64,000 bases of DNA, from NCBI RefSeq assembly GCF_009914755.1, contig NC_060935.1; one strand, given 5' to 3'. The notes beneath the pieces are model-generated. The model worked only from the letters and a program-made list of their open reading frames with translations. It was not told the DNA's origin and did no database searches. Position numbers and translations under genes: made by a program. Each line of letters starts with the position of its first letter. Positions within the stretch are counted from its first letter, which is position 1. The DNA is from the human T2T-CHM13v2.0 reference genome, Homo sapiens. Below, one piece after another: positions 24,754-49,128 of this stretch.

Positions 24754-26042
24754 CACAGCAAAAAACCCACGGGCCGCCGGGAGGACGGGACCTAATGGGG
24801 GCTCTGATGGGACAGCGCCGGCCAGACCCTGATCCCCGACCCTTGAACTCCTGCCCAGGTCCTTGGTCGGCTACAGCCTAGAGCCTCCCTAAGAGAAGCC
24901 CTAAGGGATGATTTCAAACCTTTCTACCACCCCTCCTTGCCCCCTCCACCTGCTAAAAGGAAAACCTGGCTACAGCCTACCTGGGGGCTGCTTCTCCCAG
25001 CTGAGCCTCTCCTCCCCACGCAGTGCTCCAGCCACGCTGCACTATTCAGGGCTCCCAGCCTGCTGGACACCTGTCTCCGCCTTTGTGTTTGTCGGGCTTT
25101 CCACGTAGAGGGCCCTTCCTTATCTCTGCCTGGTGCAGGCCTGTTACCTCTTGTGCATAGGGTATTTCAAATCCACCAGCGACCCTGCTAGGTAGGCACA
25201 GTTATCCCTGCCTGCAGGTACAGAAACAGGCTCAAAGAGAGGAAGCCCCGAGTCACACACAGCAGAAGCAGGTTTTGAACTCGGGCTCCCACAGTGAGCT
25301 TTCTTTTGCTACATCTGAGATCCTTCCTAAACCGTGGGCTCTCTGAGGCCAGGGCCATGTGGATTTCCTGTTTATAACCCTTGGGCCCAACCCTTTGCCT
25401 AGCAGGCAGTGAGTACTCAAAAGGAACCTCTTTCCCTAGCTCTTAGATGGCACCTACCGTGTGCCAGGTACTGGGCTAAATGCTTCGTGCGTACCACAAC
25501 CCTGCAGGTAGTTACCATTATTATACTCATTCTCCAGAAGGGGAAACTGAGGCACAAGGAACATGCACTGTCTTACGGTTATCTAGTGGCAGAGACAGGA
25601 CCCACACCATCTGGCTTCAGAGTCCAAGCTCTTGCTCGTAGCCACTTATCCAGGCACACTTAGAGGAGGGCCCCTCTCTCCCTTCACCCTGTGAGCACCT
25701 CACCTATGGTGGTCTCACCCTTTGTGCTTCGTGTGTGGAACTCCCACGAGCCTCTGTAGTAGAATGGGAGCACTTTGCTGGAGGGCAGGGCTGTGTGCAC
25801 TCACTCCTGTGTCCTTGTGCCCTGTGATCCCTGAACAGAATCGTTAGTCCGGAGGGTGGGTGCCAAACGTGCTTCAGCTTGCCTTCCCATGGGGGGCTGG
25901 GTGAGGACACGAGTGAGCCTCCACCCTGGCAGGCCAGGTCACTACAGGATGAATGTGGCAAGGGCATCTCCTGGGTGAGGAAAGGAGATGCCTCCTTTCC
26001 CTTTATTCAGCCTTCATTCATACCTCACTCTCCCCTGAGAGC

Positions 26043-26772
26043 AGGGGTGCTCTGAAGCCAGCTCTACCGGCTCAGGAGAGCTGAAGGCGAAACTTCCAGG
26101 AAATTGGCAAGCTGGTTTTTAACTCTGCCATTGTTAAAAATTAAATTACTGGCCGAGCGCGGTGGCTGACGCCTGTAATCCCAGCACTTTGGGAGGCTGA
26201 GGCAGGCAGATCACTTGAGCTCAGGAGGTCGAGACCAACCTGGCCAACATAGTGAAACCCCATCTCTACTAAAAATACAAAAATTAGCCGGGCGTGGTGG
26301 CGTGCACCTGTAATCCCAGCTACTCAGGAGGCTGAGGCAGGAGAATTGCTTGAACCAGGAGATGGAGGTTGCAGTGAGCTGAGATCGTGCCACTGCACTC
26401 CAGCCTGGGGGACAGAGCAAGACTCCATCTCAAATAAATAAATAAATAAATAAATAAATAACTTAAACCTGCAATTTAATGAATTATATTAAAAACAAAA
26501 AAAAATACCTAAAACTCATCACCCCTTAATTATGTGAGTACATTTTTCTATTATTTGTGCTGTCGAGGTTACTTACGCCCATTATGTCTGCATGATGGGA
26601 CTACTCCCGTACAGTGGTGAGCGACCTTCCCATGTCCCGGTTCAAAGACACTGTAGTGGTGGTTTGAAAGCAGCCCTGATGGGACCACTGACATCACAGA
26701 AATTGGCAAATGCTGCAAAGTAGGGCTATCCCACCCCACCCAGAGATCTAACTGTTACAACATTTACAAGCC
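26043..26772. mobile_element. MER63-like hAT DNA transposon with AluS insert (26151-26460)
   Basis: GCCAGCTCTACCGGCTCAGGAGAGC start and TGTTACAACATTTACAAGC end resemble MER63; Alu has an (AAAT)n tail. Confidence 0.6.
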
Positions 26773-26959
26773 TGAAAGCCAATTTGAGGCAAAAAGGCTG
26801 TCATGGAAGAAGATTCTCACTGTGGAGTTTGCGCACTCAGATTTGAGTCCAGGCTCCGTCTCCACCCACTGTGGGGCCTGGGCTATTTCCCCTTGAGCCT
26901 CGCCTTTCCTATCTGCAAAATAAGACTAAAAGTACAGCAGCTTTTGCAAATTGAGCATT

Positions 26960-27265
26960 TGCCGAGTGTGGTGGCTTGCCCCTGCAATCCCAGCAACTCA
27001 GGAGGCTGAGGCAGGAGGATCACTTGAGGCCAGGAGTTCAAGACCAGCCTGAGCAACATAGCAAGACGCTGTCTCTACAACAAATAAATACATAAATAAG
27101 CAAGTCAGGCAGGGGGGAGCACACCTGTAGTTCTGGCTACTTGAGAGTCTGAGGCAAGAGGATTGCTTGAACTTAGGAGTTGGAGGCTGGACTGAGCTAT
27201 GATGGTACCTCTGTACTCCAACCCAGGTGAGAGCATAAGATCCTGTCTCTCTTAAAAAAAAAAAA
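26960..27265 (+). mobile_element. AluJ
   Basis: Diverged dimer. Confidence 0.85.
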
Positions 27266-27974
27266 GAGCATTTACTACCTGTCAGGTGCTGAATCCATGC
27301 TCTTGCTAAATCTGCCAGCAGCCCTGTGAGGTGGGTGCAGTCACGTCCCTTGCGAAGATGGGGATTTGGGGGCGTGAAGAGGATAAGTACCTCATCAAAG
27401 GTGACAGATCAGATTTGAACCACACTCTTAACTGCTGCGGTTTATTGGCCCTACAATAATAGTGCCCAGTTCACAGGGTGGTTTGGGGGATTACACGACG
27501 TAATGTGTGTTAAAGGGCTTAGCACAGATTCAGCTCCAGAGGAACATAGTAAATGTTGATTTACCGAGAGGCAGAAGAGCGGGATCCACATCCACCCACG
27601 TTTGAATCTCAACTTGGCTATTTTCTGATTGCGAGATCTCTGGAGTCAAGTCATTTTGCTTATCTAAGCCTCATGTTCCCCCAGTGAAAATGGGGATAAT
27701 CATAGCTACTGAAGAGCTGCTCAGAGGATGGAGATAGAGGATGTAAAGTATCTGCCGAGAAGTGGGTACTTTATGGGAGTGAGTGTTCGGGATTATCTTT
27801 TATTTTATGTCACGCAGACAGCAACTCTTCCCAGCCCTGTGGAGGAGGCCGGAGGTTGGGGCCGGAGCCCTGGAAGCAGGGCCTTGCTCGGGCAGCTTCT
27901 GACCCTCCCCTCCTGGCCAGGTCAGCCCCTCAGTGGGCCCTGGCCCTAGAAGGTCTCAGAAGCCTGGGGACGCT

Positions 27975-28001
27975 GTTGCTAGGCACCAGTTGCTAGGCTA
28001 C
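27975..28001 (+). promoter_or_regulatory. Tandem RFX X-boxes at the SAXO4 promoter
   Basis: GTTGCTAGGCACC (27975-27987) and GTTGCTAGGCTAC (27989-28001), each one mismatch from GTTGCYAGGCAAC. Confidence 0.8.
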
Positions 28002-28103
28002 ACATTGTTTCTCCTGCTTGGCCTCCTCCAGGAGGGCTGGCTTCTCTGCAGAGCTCTGCTTCCTGCAGCCTCTCCCCGACCTCAGAGCCTCTGCAGAGGA
28101 AAG
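27990..28103 (+). other. SAXO4: SAXO4 non-coding exon 1 (TSS approximate)
   Basis: Starts at tandem X-boxes; ends at donor AAG|GTGAGG (GT 28104-28105); ~590 nt upstream of the ATG exon. Confidence 0.7.
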
Positions 28104-28696
28104 GTGAGGGTGGGGCCGCTGTGGTTGGGCCTCGGGGAGAGTGCAGCCAATTCCCAGGGGAGGCAGGCAAGGCCAGAGGCGGGCAAGGCCGTGGAGATGA
28201 GGGAGAGAGAGGAGCCGGGGGCTGGGAGTGAGCGCCTCGGCCTGACTTCTTGGGTGGGGGCCAAGAATTCCCCAGGTAGTGGGTTGTCGGCTCATTCATT
28301 CCGAGAGGTGGGTATGTAAGGTTCAGGTCAGGGGCCGAGTAGTCAAACACCTAGGTCTGAATCCCAGCACTACCACCTATTATGGAGCAAATCCTTTATC
28401 ACTTGGAACCTCACTGTCCCAGTGGTAAATGGGGACAGGAAGAGTTAATAAGAAGGTGTGGGAAAGTGAGAGGAGACATGAGGACTCTTGGGATAAGTGT
28501 GGATGATCGGTTTCGTCCTTAGTTTAGGGACTTGGGAGCTGGGGCAGAGAGACAGAGGCCTGGGAGAAGGGGCCAGCTGCGTTGTGGGTGGTGGGGGGCA
28601 GATCTTCGCCCCTGTGGGCTTCCGAGCCAGGCTTGGGACCCATGAGGCTCCCCGTGCTTCCTTTCTAGGCCCCCTGGGGCCCTGCCCCACAGCATC

Positions 28697-37483
<8,787 letters not shown>

Positions 37484-37726
37484 GCCCTGAGCCCTTGGTA
37501 AGGGGCTGGGGATCCCCACACTCAGCTGCTCTGGTTGTGTGGGCAACCGTTATGGGCCAGCCCTGCCTCTCAAGCCCTGGGTTAAGCAAGTCCTGCCTGG
37601 GGACCCCCCTTCCAAGTGGGGGGTGACAGATCAGGGGGCCTCTCAGAACCCCTTCTCTGCCAGGCAAGCACACAGAACCACCCCAGAGCCCCTTGCTCAG
37701 GCCTCGCCTCTGCTTCTCCTCTACAG

Positions 37727-37845
37727 GTTTGTCAATCCTAGGGGACAGGAGCCAGGCTACTGTCTGTACCCCCACTCCATCCCCCAGGGGAACACCCCTG
37801 CCCAGCTACTTTCCTAATGAAATAAAGAGCATTGAAGCAGAGAAG
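37727..37845 (+). other. SAXO4: SAXO4 terminal 3'UTR exon
   Basis: Donor TTG|GTAAGG at 37497/37498 and acceptor cttctcctctacag| at 37726, followed by AATAAA. Confidence 0.7.
37821..37826 (+). terminator. SAXO4 poly(A) signal AATAAA
   Basis: Canonical hexamer ~340 nt (genomic) after the stop codon. Confidence 0.85.
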
Positions 37846-39015
37846 TGTGACATCACTATCAGGGTGGCTGGAAAAAGGAGGGGTGAGCTGGGGCGGTGGG
37901 TGCAGGGGTGGAGGAGCTAGGGCCAGATTTGGAGTCGGAAGGGCTCGGCTGGAACCTCTGAGGAACCATGACACGATGGATAGGCACTTCATTCTCCACA
38001 CTCAGTTTCTTGTCCTGTAAAGGGGTCCTCTATGGCCTGTGCTGCTTGGGAAAGTGCTTGGTCAAGTGTGGGTGGAAGAACCCCAGGGGAGGGGCAGGTG
38101 GTCCAGAGAAGGGGAGGGAAGCAGACGCAGGGCAAGGGGACAGAGGAGAGTCTTGGATGCATGGCCACCTGGACACCAACACGGGGGTGGGGGGCGCTTG
38201 ATCACAAAGGCTGGTGCCAGTCTCCGTCCCAGCCAAGGTGACCAGAGCAGGTCACCTGTTTGTGAGAAAGAGAACAAGCTGCCCCTTAGGCGGATGTCCC
38301 AGGTGGGCGCAGGCCCTGATGAGCCAACATCCTGTGTGGGAAGAGAAGGGCGTCTCTTCCTCCAGATGTTGCAGCCTGACACAGGCCCCCAGCCTGCAAG
38401 ACAGCATCTGGGCCAGCTCTCAGCACCTTTTGTCACCTCAGCCAGGTGCATTTGTGCAGTGCACAACACTACAACTGTATGCTGTGGCCCTGCTAGCACC
38501 AACTCCTTATAAATGAGAAGTGTGAACCCAGGAGGGTGCGTGAGCTGCTCGGGGTCACACAGGGCAGAAAGGCAGGAGCAGCGCTGGGTTGGGGATATCC
38601 CCCGTGCCTTGCCGCCCTGTCTGGGCGTGCAGAGGGGGTGTCCTCCGAACCCTTGCCTCCACTTGTGTTCCTTAGTGGGGGTCTGTGGAGCAGCACTGCT
38701 GGCCCCAGAGCCTGGCTGTACCCAGCACAGCCTTGAGCAGCAGGCCTGGGGGCTGTCCACAGCCCGGCTGGGGCTCCATGTGGGCTGTGGGTGGCTCCAG
38801 CTGGTCCCAGCATGAGAGGAGGGAAGCAGAAGACACAGAGTCTCAGAGCCAGACTCAGGACCCAGTGACAGCCCAGACCGTGGGTGGCGACCTGCCAGTC
38901 CATGCCCCAGCATTAGGAGTGAGTCTCCAAAGGGACTGGGCTGGGCCCCAGCCACGGCCATAGTAAGGAGGAGAGGGAGCGAGTGTGGGATCAGCCAGCC
39001 TCTCCCTGCCCAAAG

Positions 39016-39260
39016 ACACACACACACGCACACGCACACACACACACACACACTCAACTCAAAAGCACATGCAAATACAAACACACATGTGCACACAGAC
39101 CCCTGAAGGCACGCACACACACATCTAGGCACATAAACGCCAGCGGAAGTACACACAGACAAACTAACACAACCACACACACGGAAACACAAACAAACGG
39201 GCACAAGCACCAGATCTTCACATAAACACCCAAGACTCTCAGACACGCACACACACACAC
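39016..39260. repeat. CA-rich simple repeat
   Basis: (CA)n core degenerating rightwards. Confidence 0.9.
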
Positions 39261-39276
39261 GGCCAGCCTATACCAC

Positions 39277-40125
<849 letters not shown>

Positions 40126-40127
40126 GT

Positions 40128-40646
<519 letters not shown>

Positions 40647-41849
40647 TGATTACACCCGCTCCATCATCTCCACCTCCCTTGTCCTGCACCAGGCGGCAGT
40701 TTGGCCAGGGCAGGGGGAGAATTCATGAGGCACAGCACCAGAGAAGGCAGGTTGGTCAGATTTGGGGGCGCCTCGAAGGCCATGCTAAGGAGCCCTTCTC
40801 AATTATGAGCCTCAACAAGGGCACGGACCATATATGCCTTGTTTACGCTGAAAGTCCAAAGCCCAGGACAGTGCCTGGCACATATGGAGGTGCTCAGTAA
40901 ATACCAGATGAATGAATGAATGAATGAATGAATATGGCAGATGTGGGCTTCTAGGCATCACCCACCTTACCAGGATGTCAGTCGCCCAGCCTCCCTGAGT
41001 CCATGCAGTTGGCTCCCATTTTGCTACCCGCTACTTGCCCAGCTGCCATGGCCGTGGCCCTTATGGACCACTGCGTTGCCCCCAGGATGCACCTTTCCTC
41101 TCTGAATGTGCCCCCTGGTCTCCCCTTGCACGGAGCCCAGCCTCTGACCAACCTCATTAAGCTCTCCTGCAAGTGGCCTAAGGGCCTCTACATTCCAGCC
41201 TTGGCCCCTGGTAGGCGCCAAGACCAGGGTAGAGTCAGTGCTGGGAAATTCTCCGTGTCCCCAGGACAGGAAGAGGGGACACTTTCTATCTGGTGGCTCC
41301 TCAGGATGCCAGTCCCTATTGAAAGGACATCTTGCTGTGTGGCTTCCCTCTTCTGCTCTGTGATGTCAGGGGACAGTGGGAGAGTTCCGGTCTCTCAGCA
41401 TGAGAGTTTAGAAGACATGTGAGGCAGTTAGCCCCTAGGGGATGGCCCAGAGGAGCAGCAGGCCAGGGGCGCTGACCCCATGGCTTCATTTTCAGTGGCC
41501 TCATCCCCTTGCTTCCAGAGAGCATCAGCCCCAGAGCTCTTTCCCCTCCAGGCCCAGGCAGTCGGCAGAGTGTACCTGTCACAGGCCTGAGCCCTGGAAT
41601 CCGACTGCCTGGGTTCAGATTCCAGCTCTCCACAACCCAAGGCAGCTCCCTGCCATCAGTCGGTCACTTAACTCTTCTGTGACCTCCAGTTGTCACTTAA
41701 CCACACTGAGCTTCAGCTAATAGCAGCAGCTGCCTTCTGGATAAAATCCAACATGCACAGAGTGCACACAAATAGAAGCTGCCCTGATGCTGGAGCAGAG
41801 GAAACGGAGGCCAAGACAGAGGTGGAGACTTGGTCAAGGCCACACTGCA

Positions 41850-42578
<729 letters not shown>

Positions 42579-43776
42579 TCACCTGCACAGCCTGACCTGG
42601 AAGGCCTTGGCTGCCCTTCCAGTGGTTTACTCCCACTTAAGCCCCCGTCCCTAAGTCCAGCTTCTGCCAGGCCCTCCTGGCAGCTGCCTGCTTCTCCCTT
42701 CACCTGGTAACCAGGCTTTGGGTGTTCACAGAGTCAGTCCTTCTGGCAGGTGACATTGCAGTTGCTGCCAGAAGTTTCCTGCCCCCTCCTCAACGAATAT
42801 TTTTAAAAACTTGCTGAGGTGTACAGGGATGATGATTAACCTTTATTAAGCCCCCACAGCCTGCGGGTGCTGAGAATATCCGTGGGCCTTCACCTTTCCA
42901 GCAAGAACACAGAGGGGCCTCCCTCTGGGGGAAGTTTAGGGACACAGGTGGGTGCGGCGCTGACGGCTTTGGTGTGGGGGTGTGGAGCCTAGAGGGCTGA
43001 CGGGACAGCAGGTGGGGCGGCTGCTGGGCGCCGTGAGATCAGACACGGCTTGTGACGCGTGTGGACGCGTGTGAGGTTGCTGTTTGTTCGTCATGGCCTG
43101 GTGGCGGCTGATGTTGACAGGTGCCATCTGGCCTGAGTCACGTGGTAGCAGGCAGCACCACCGGCTCGTTGGCTTGACAGCTGTCCAGCTGGGAACACAG
43201 GGCTCCTGGGGGTGGGGGCGGTTAGAGGCATCTGTCTTTGGGAACTGGAGGCCTGGGGGTGGTGGGAGGCCCTGCGTGGGGAGGCTGAGGACGGGGGATA
43301 TGATACACCCAGACAGATGGAGTGTGTGAGGCTCTGAATCGGTTCCCCAGTCTCCTCTCTGACCATCTGGAGGGCCACCCATTCCTGAGGAACTGTTCCC
43401 CGAACAAGCAAGTATGCAAGGGCAGAGGATGAATCAGACCCAGCAGGTCCCACTGAGGGCCCCCGTTGAAGATCAGAGGGGTCTGGCAGGGCCTGTGGGA
43501 CATCCCGCCATGCCTCGCTTCCTCCCCACACTGCTGCAGACAGGCTCTGCCCAGGACCTTTGTGATGGGCAGGTCAACCTGACCAGAGGTGAGGCGACCT
43601 GCCCAAAGCCATGCGGTGCCGGCCCCGTGAGCGCGCTCGCACTCTCTTCTGAATCCAAGCCTCTCCCCACCCCATCGCTTCCCTGGGGGTCTCGGATGAG
43701 CAGGAATGGGGCCTGGGAACTTCCTGGGAGAGCCAGGCAGTGATAGGGATGGGCTGTGATTTCTTTTGCTAAAGAG

Positions 43777-44761
43777 GTGAGTGCACTTGTGTGAGAGTGT
43801 GTGTGTGTGTTTGAGCGCTAGAGTGTGTGAATGTGACTGTGTGTGTGAGAGCATTAGTGTAAGTGCATGAGTGTGAATTTGGAACTGTGAGTGTATGTGC
43901 CTGAGAGTGTGAGTATATGTGTGTGAATGTGAGTGTGAGAGTTGTATGTATGAGTGTATATGTAAGTGCGGTGTGTAAGTGTATATGTGTATGTGTATGT
44001 GTATGTGTGGGTGTGTGTTGGAGTGTGAGTATATGTGAAAATGTATGTGTGCGAAGATGATTTGTGTGTATTTGTGTGTATGTATCTGTGTGTGTGGGTG
44101 TGTGTGGGTATATGAGTGTGGGTATGCGTGTGTCTATGTGTGTAAGTGTATATGTGTGGGTATGTGTTAAGTGTGTGGGATATGAGTGTATGAGTGTGTG
44201 ATTATGAGTGTGTGAGAGTGTATGCGTGTGTATTTTGTGAATGTGTTTGTGGGTGTGAGTATACGTTAGTGTGAGTATATAAGTGTGTATGAGTGTGAAT
44301 ATGAGACAGTATATGTGTGTATATATGTGTGAGTGTATGTGTGTGTGTGGGTGTGAGTGTGTTAGAGTGTGCGTATATGAATGTGTGTGAATATGAGTGT
44401 GAGTGTATGTGTGTGGGAGTGGGAGTGTATGAGTGTATGTGTGTGAAGATGATTGTGTGTATTTGTGTATGTGTGTGCGTGTGTGGGTATATGAGTGTGT
44501 TAGTGTGTGTATGTGAGTGTGTGTGTAGATGTGTGGGTGTGTGTTAGAGCGTGTGGGTATGAGTGTATGTGTGTATGTGTGTGTGTAGATGTGTGTGAGT
44601 ATATCTGGGTGTAAATGTGTGTGTGTTAGAGTGAGTGTATGAGTGTGTATGAGTGTGAATATGAGTGTGTGTGAGTGTATATATGTGTGAGTGTATGTGT
44701 GTGGGTGTGAGTGTATGAGTGTGAGAGTGTGATTCAGGTTGGAGAGCCTGTGTGTGTGTGT
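43777..44761. repeat. ~1-kb degenerate (TG/TGAG/TATG)n tract
   Basis: Nearly C-free alternating purine-pyrimidine sequence with internal duplicated blocks. Confidence 0.95.
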
Positions 44762-45271
44762 CTTTAGAGTCCCCAGTTAAAGGGCCAGGGCAGGAAGGTG
44801 TGTGTGTCGCTCACCTGGCCTAAGCTTGGGTGAGATGCTGAAGGCGCTGTGCTCAGAAAAGGCTATATGAGCCCCTGGGCCAAGCAGCCTCCTATGGAGC
44901 CTGATGACAAGGTTGTGGTCCCTACGGTCAGACGGCCTTGGTGCAGAGCCATGCTCTCCTGGTGGGCTCTGGCACTGGGGGCGGTGGGCTGGCATTGAAG
45001 AACATGGGCAAAGCTTCTCCTGAGCACAGAACAGCATTTGACAGTGTGGGGCTTCTGGGAGGACAGTGCAAGCAGGGGCAGAGGGAGAATGATCACGCGA
45101 CTCCCTGAGTGGTCACAGGCTGATGAGGTCTGACGATGGAGGCTGTCAGTCAGAGTTCATCACAAGCAACAAAAACCACAGCTGGCTAATTTAAGCAGAA
45201 AAGGAATTTCTTAAAAGGACTTGGTCACTCACAGAATCTTCAGGTGGACCTGAGAATAAAACTTAGAGCCC

Positions 45272-45701
<430 letters not shown>

Positions 45702-46261
45702 TCACACCGCCCTCAGGAGGGATCTGAGTGATCCCTTCTGCTCAGCAGTTCTCATTTCCTATTCAGAATCTGACGTGGGTGTACTTGGGGGCGACTTCCG
45801 GGTCACAGGCTTCCACCTCGCTTGCAAGGGATGCCGGGAAAGTGAGCTCCCAGCGTTTTCAGCTGCCTTGGGAGGAGAGTGGGCTCTGTTTTGTAAGGCA
45901 GGTGGATTCTCCAACATAGCCAGGGGCTACAGATGCTGGGAGGCCCAAAGAAATCAAATGTCCTTCCCACGTGAGTTACCATCACTAAGAAGGGCATTTG
46001 TGGGGTACCTTCTGTAAGCGGGGTGCTCTCGGTGCTTTTACACACCTAGGGAGTTTGCTGTTGGCCTGCGAAGACCCTTTATGGGACATGGATCAAAAGT
46101 GCTGTTCCTCGAGATACTTACCTCCAGTATAGGATCCTGGTGTCAAAAGGAATCAGATACGGCTCCATTGTACATGGCATGACTTGTATAGCCAGACAGA
46201 GCAGGTATATGTGAGTATGGACTTCATAAGCAATACTCAAGACCTCAAAAGTGTATCTTGG

Positions 46262-46546
46262 GGCCGGGCGTGGTGGCTCACACCTGTAATCCCAGCACTT
46301 CAGATGGCAGAGGCGGGTGGATCACCTAAGGTCAGGAGTTTGAGACCAACCTGGCCAACATGGCAAAACCCTGTCTCTACTAAAAATACAAAAATTAGCC
46401 GGACATGGTGGCACACACCTGTAATCCTAGCTACTTGGGAGGCCCAGGCAGGAGAATACTTGAAGCCGGGAGGTGGAGGTTGCAGTGAGCCGAGATTGCG
46501 CCATTGCTCTCTAGCCTGGGTGACCAAAAAAAAAAAAAAAAAAAAA
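46262..46546 (+). mobile_element. AluSx
   Basis: TSD AAAAGTGTATCTTGG. Confidence 0.9.
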
Positions 46547-47504
46547 GTGTATCTTGGTCTATCAGTAACAACTGGATTTAGCAAAGATGTGGACTTCCCC
46601 AGCCTAATCTCTCGGCTACACCCATGTCTGTCTTGCAGGTGTGGAAACTTCTGGATGCCTGCTCTTGTGAGTTCACCTCTATGTCTACTCTACTGAGGCC
46701 TCTCCATACAGGTAGAGTGACTTGTGGGAGGCCTGTTACATCCTCAGGCCACACCTGGTAAGGGAAGCGCAGGTGGGTCCCACCTGCCCTGGTGCCCCCC
46801 TCAGGATACCTGGGGGTATATACTTTTTCTCATGCCACCCCCAGGCTCTGCCCAGATGGGGCTGACGACTGGTTTTTGGGCTGGCATCCGTGTTTCCGGG
46901 CGCTGCTTGCCCGTTCTCTCCCACCTGCCGGTTGAACCTTAATCTCCTTTTGGGTGCTATCTTCTGCGATGACGCATCCTTCCCCTCTCCAGGGCTTATG
47001 GCATCAGCTCTCTGCTCTCGAAGTTCAAAGCCAAGCTTTTTTGGACCTACACAAAAGATTTCTCTTTCAAAACTGGTTGTTGTAAGGGTATAGTCTCAGC
47101 TCTGGGTTTCAAAGCCTCTTTTGCAACTCAAAGCCAAGGATTTGACTCTTTGTTCTGAGTTTCCCTGGAGAGCAGGGAATATAGGAAACCAACTTAGCAT
47201 ATGAATGCAAGTCAATGGATATAAGGAAATTGTCTACAGTGGAATAAGTTAGTATCTCAAAATGACAGCATTCAGCTCCCATACACTGTCACTGACGCTT
47301 TGTGATAATCCTTTGAGAAAGGGTGATTTTGCCCGATCCAGAGCTGAGACTAGGGTGAGGGGGGCAAGGCACTTGCTCTAGACACCATATTTAAAGAAGT
47401 GCCAAAAAAACCCACCTCCATAATTAAGTAATAGTTTGATGCAATCATTGTAAAAGTAAAAATTATTGCCAAAAATCCATGATGAAAAAAAATCAAAATT
47501 TTAA

Positions 47505-47893
<389 letters not shown>

Positions 47894-48072
47894 CCTCTGA
47901 TCTGGTCTTCATGGAGCTCACATCCTAGTCCATCGGAAACAGACTTCAAGCAAATAATTCACAGTTATTATTTATTTAGTGTGATTGGAATAATTACTTT
48001 GAAGGAGAAATGTGGGAGCTCAAGAATCTATAACAGGGGCTTGACGTGCTCTGAAAGATCCTGGAAGGGAAG

Positions 48073-49128
<1,056 letters not shown>

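Noticed and set aside
38062-39258. 398-aa minus-strand ORF
   Set aside because: Begins in a (TG)n repeat (CVCVCV), no domain or splice support
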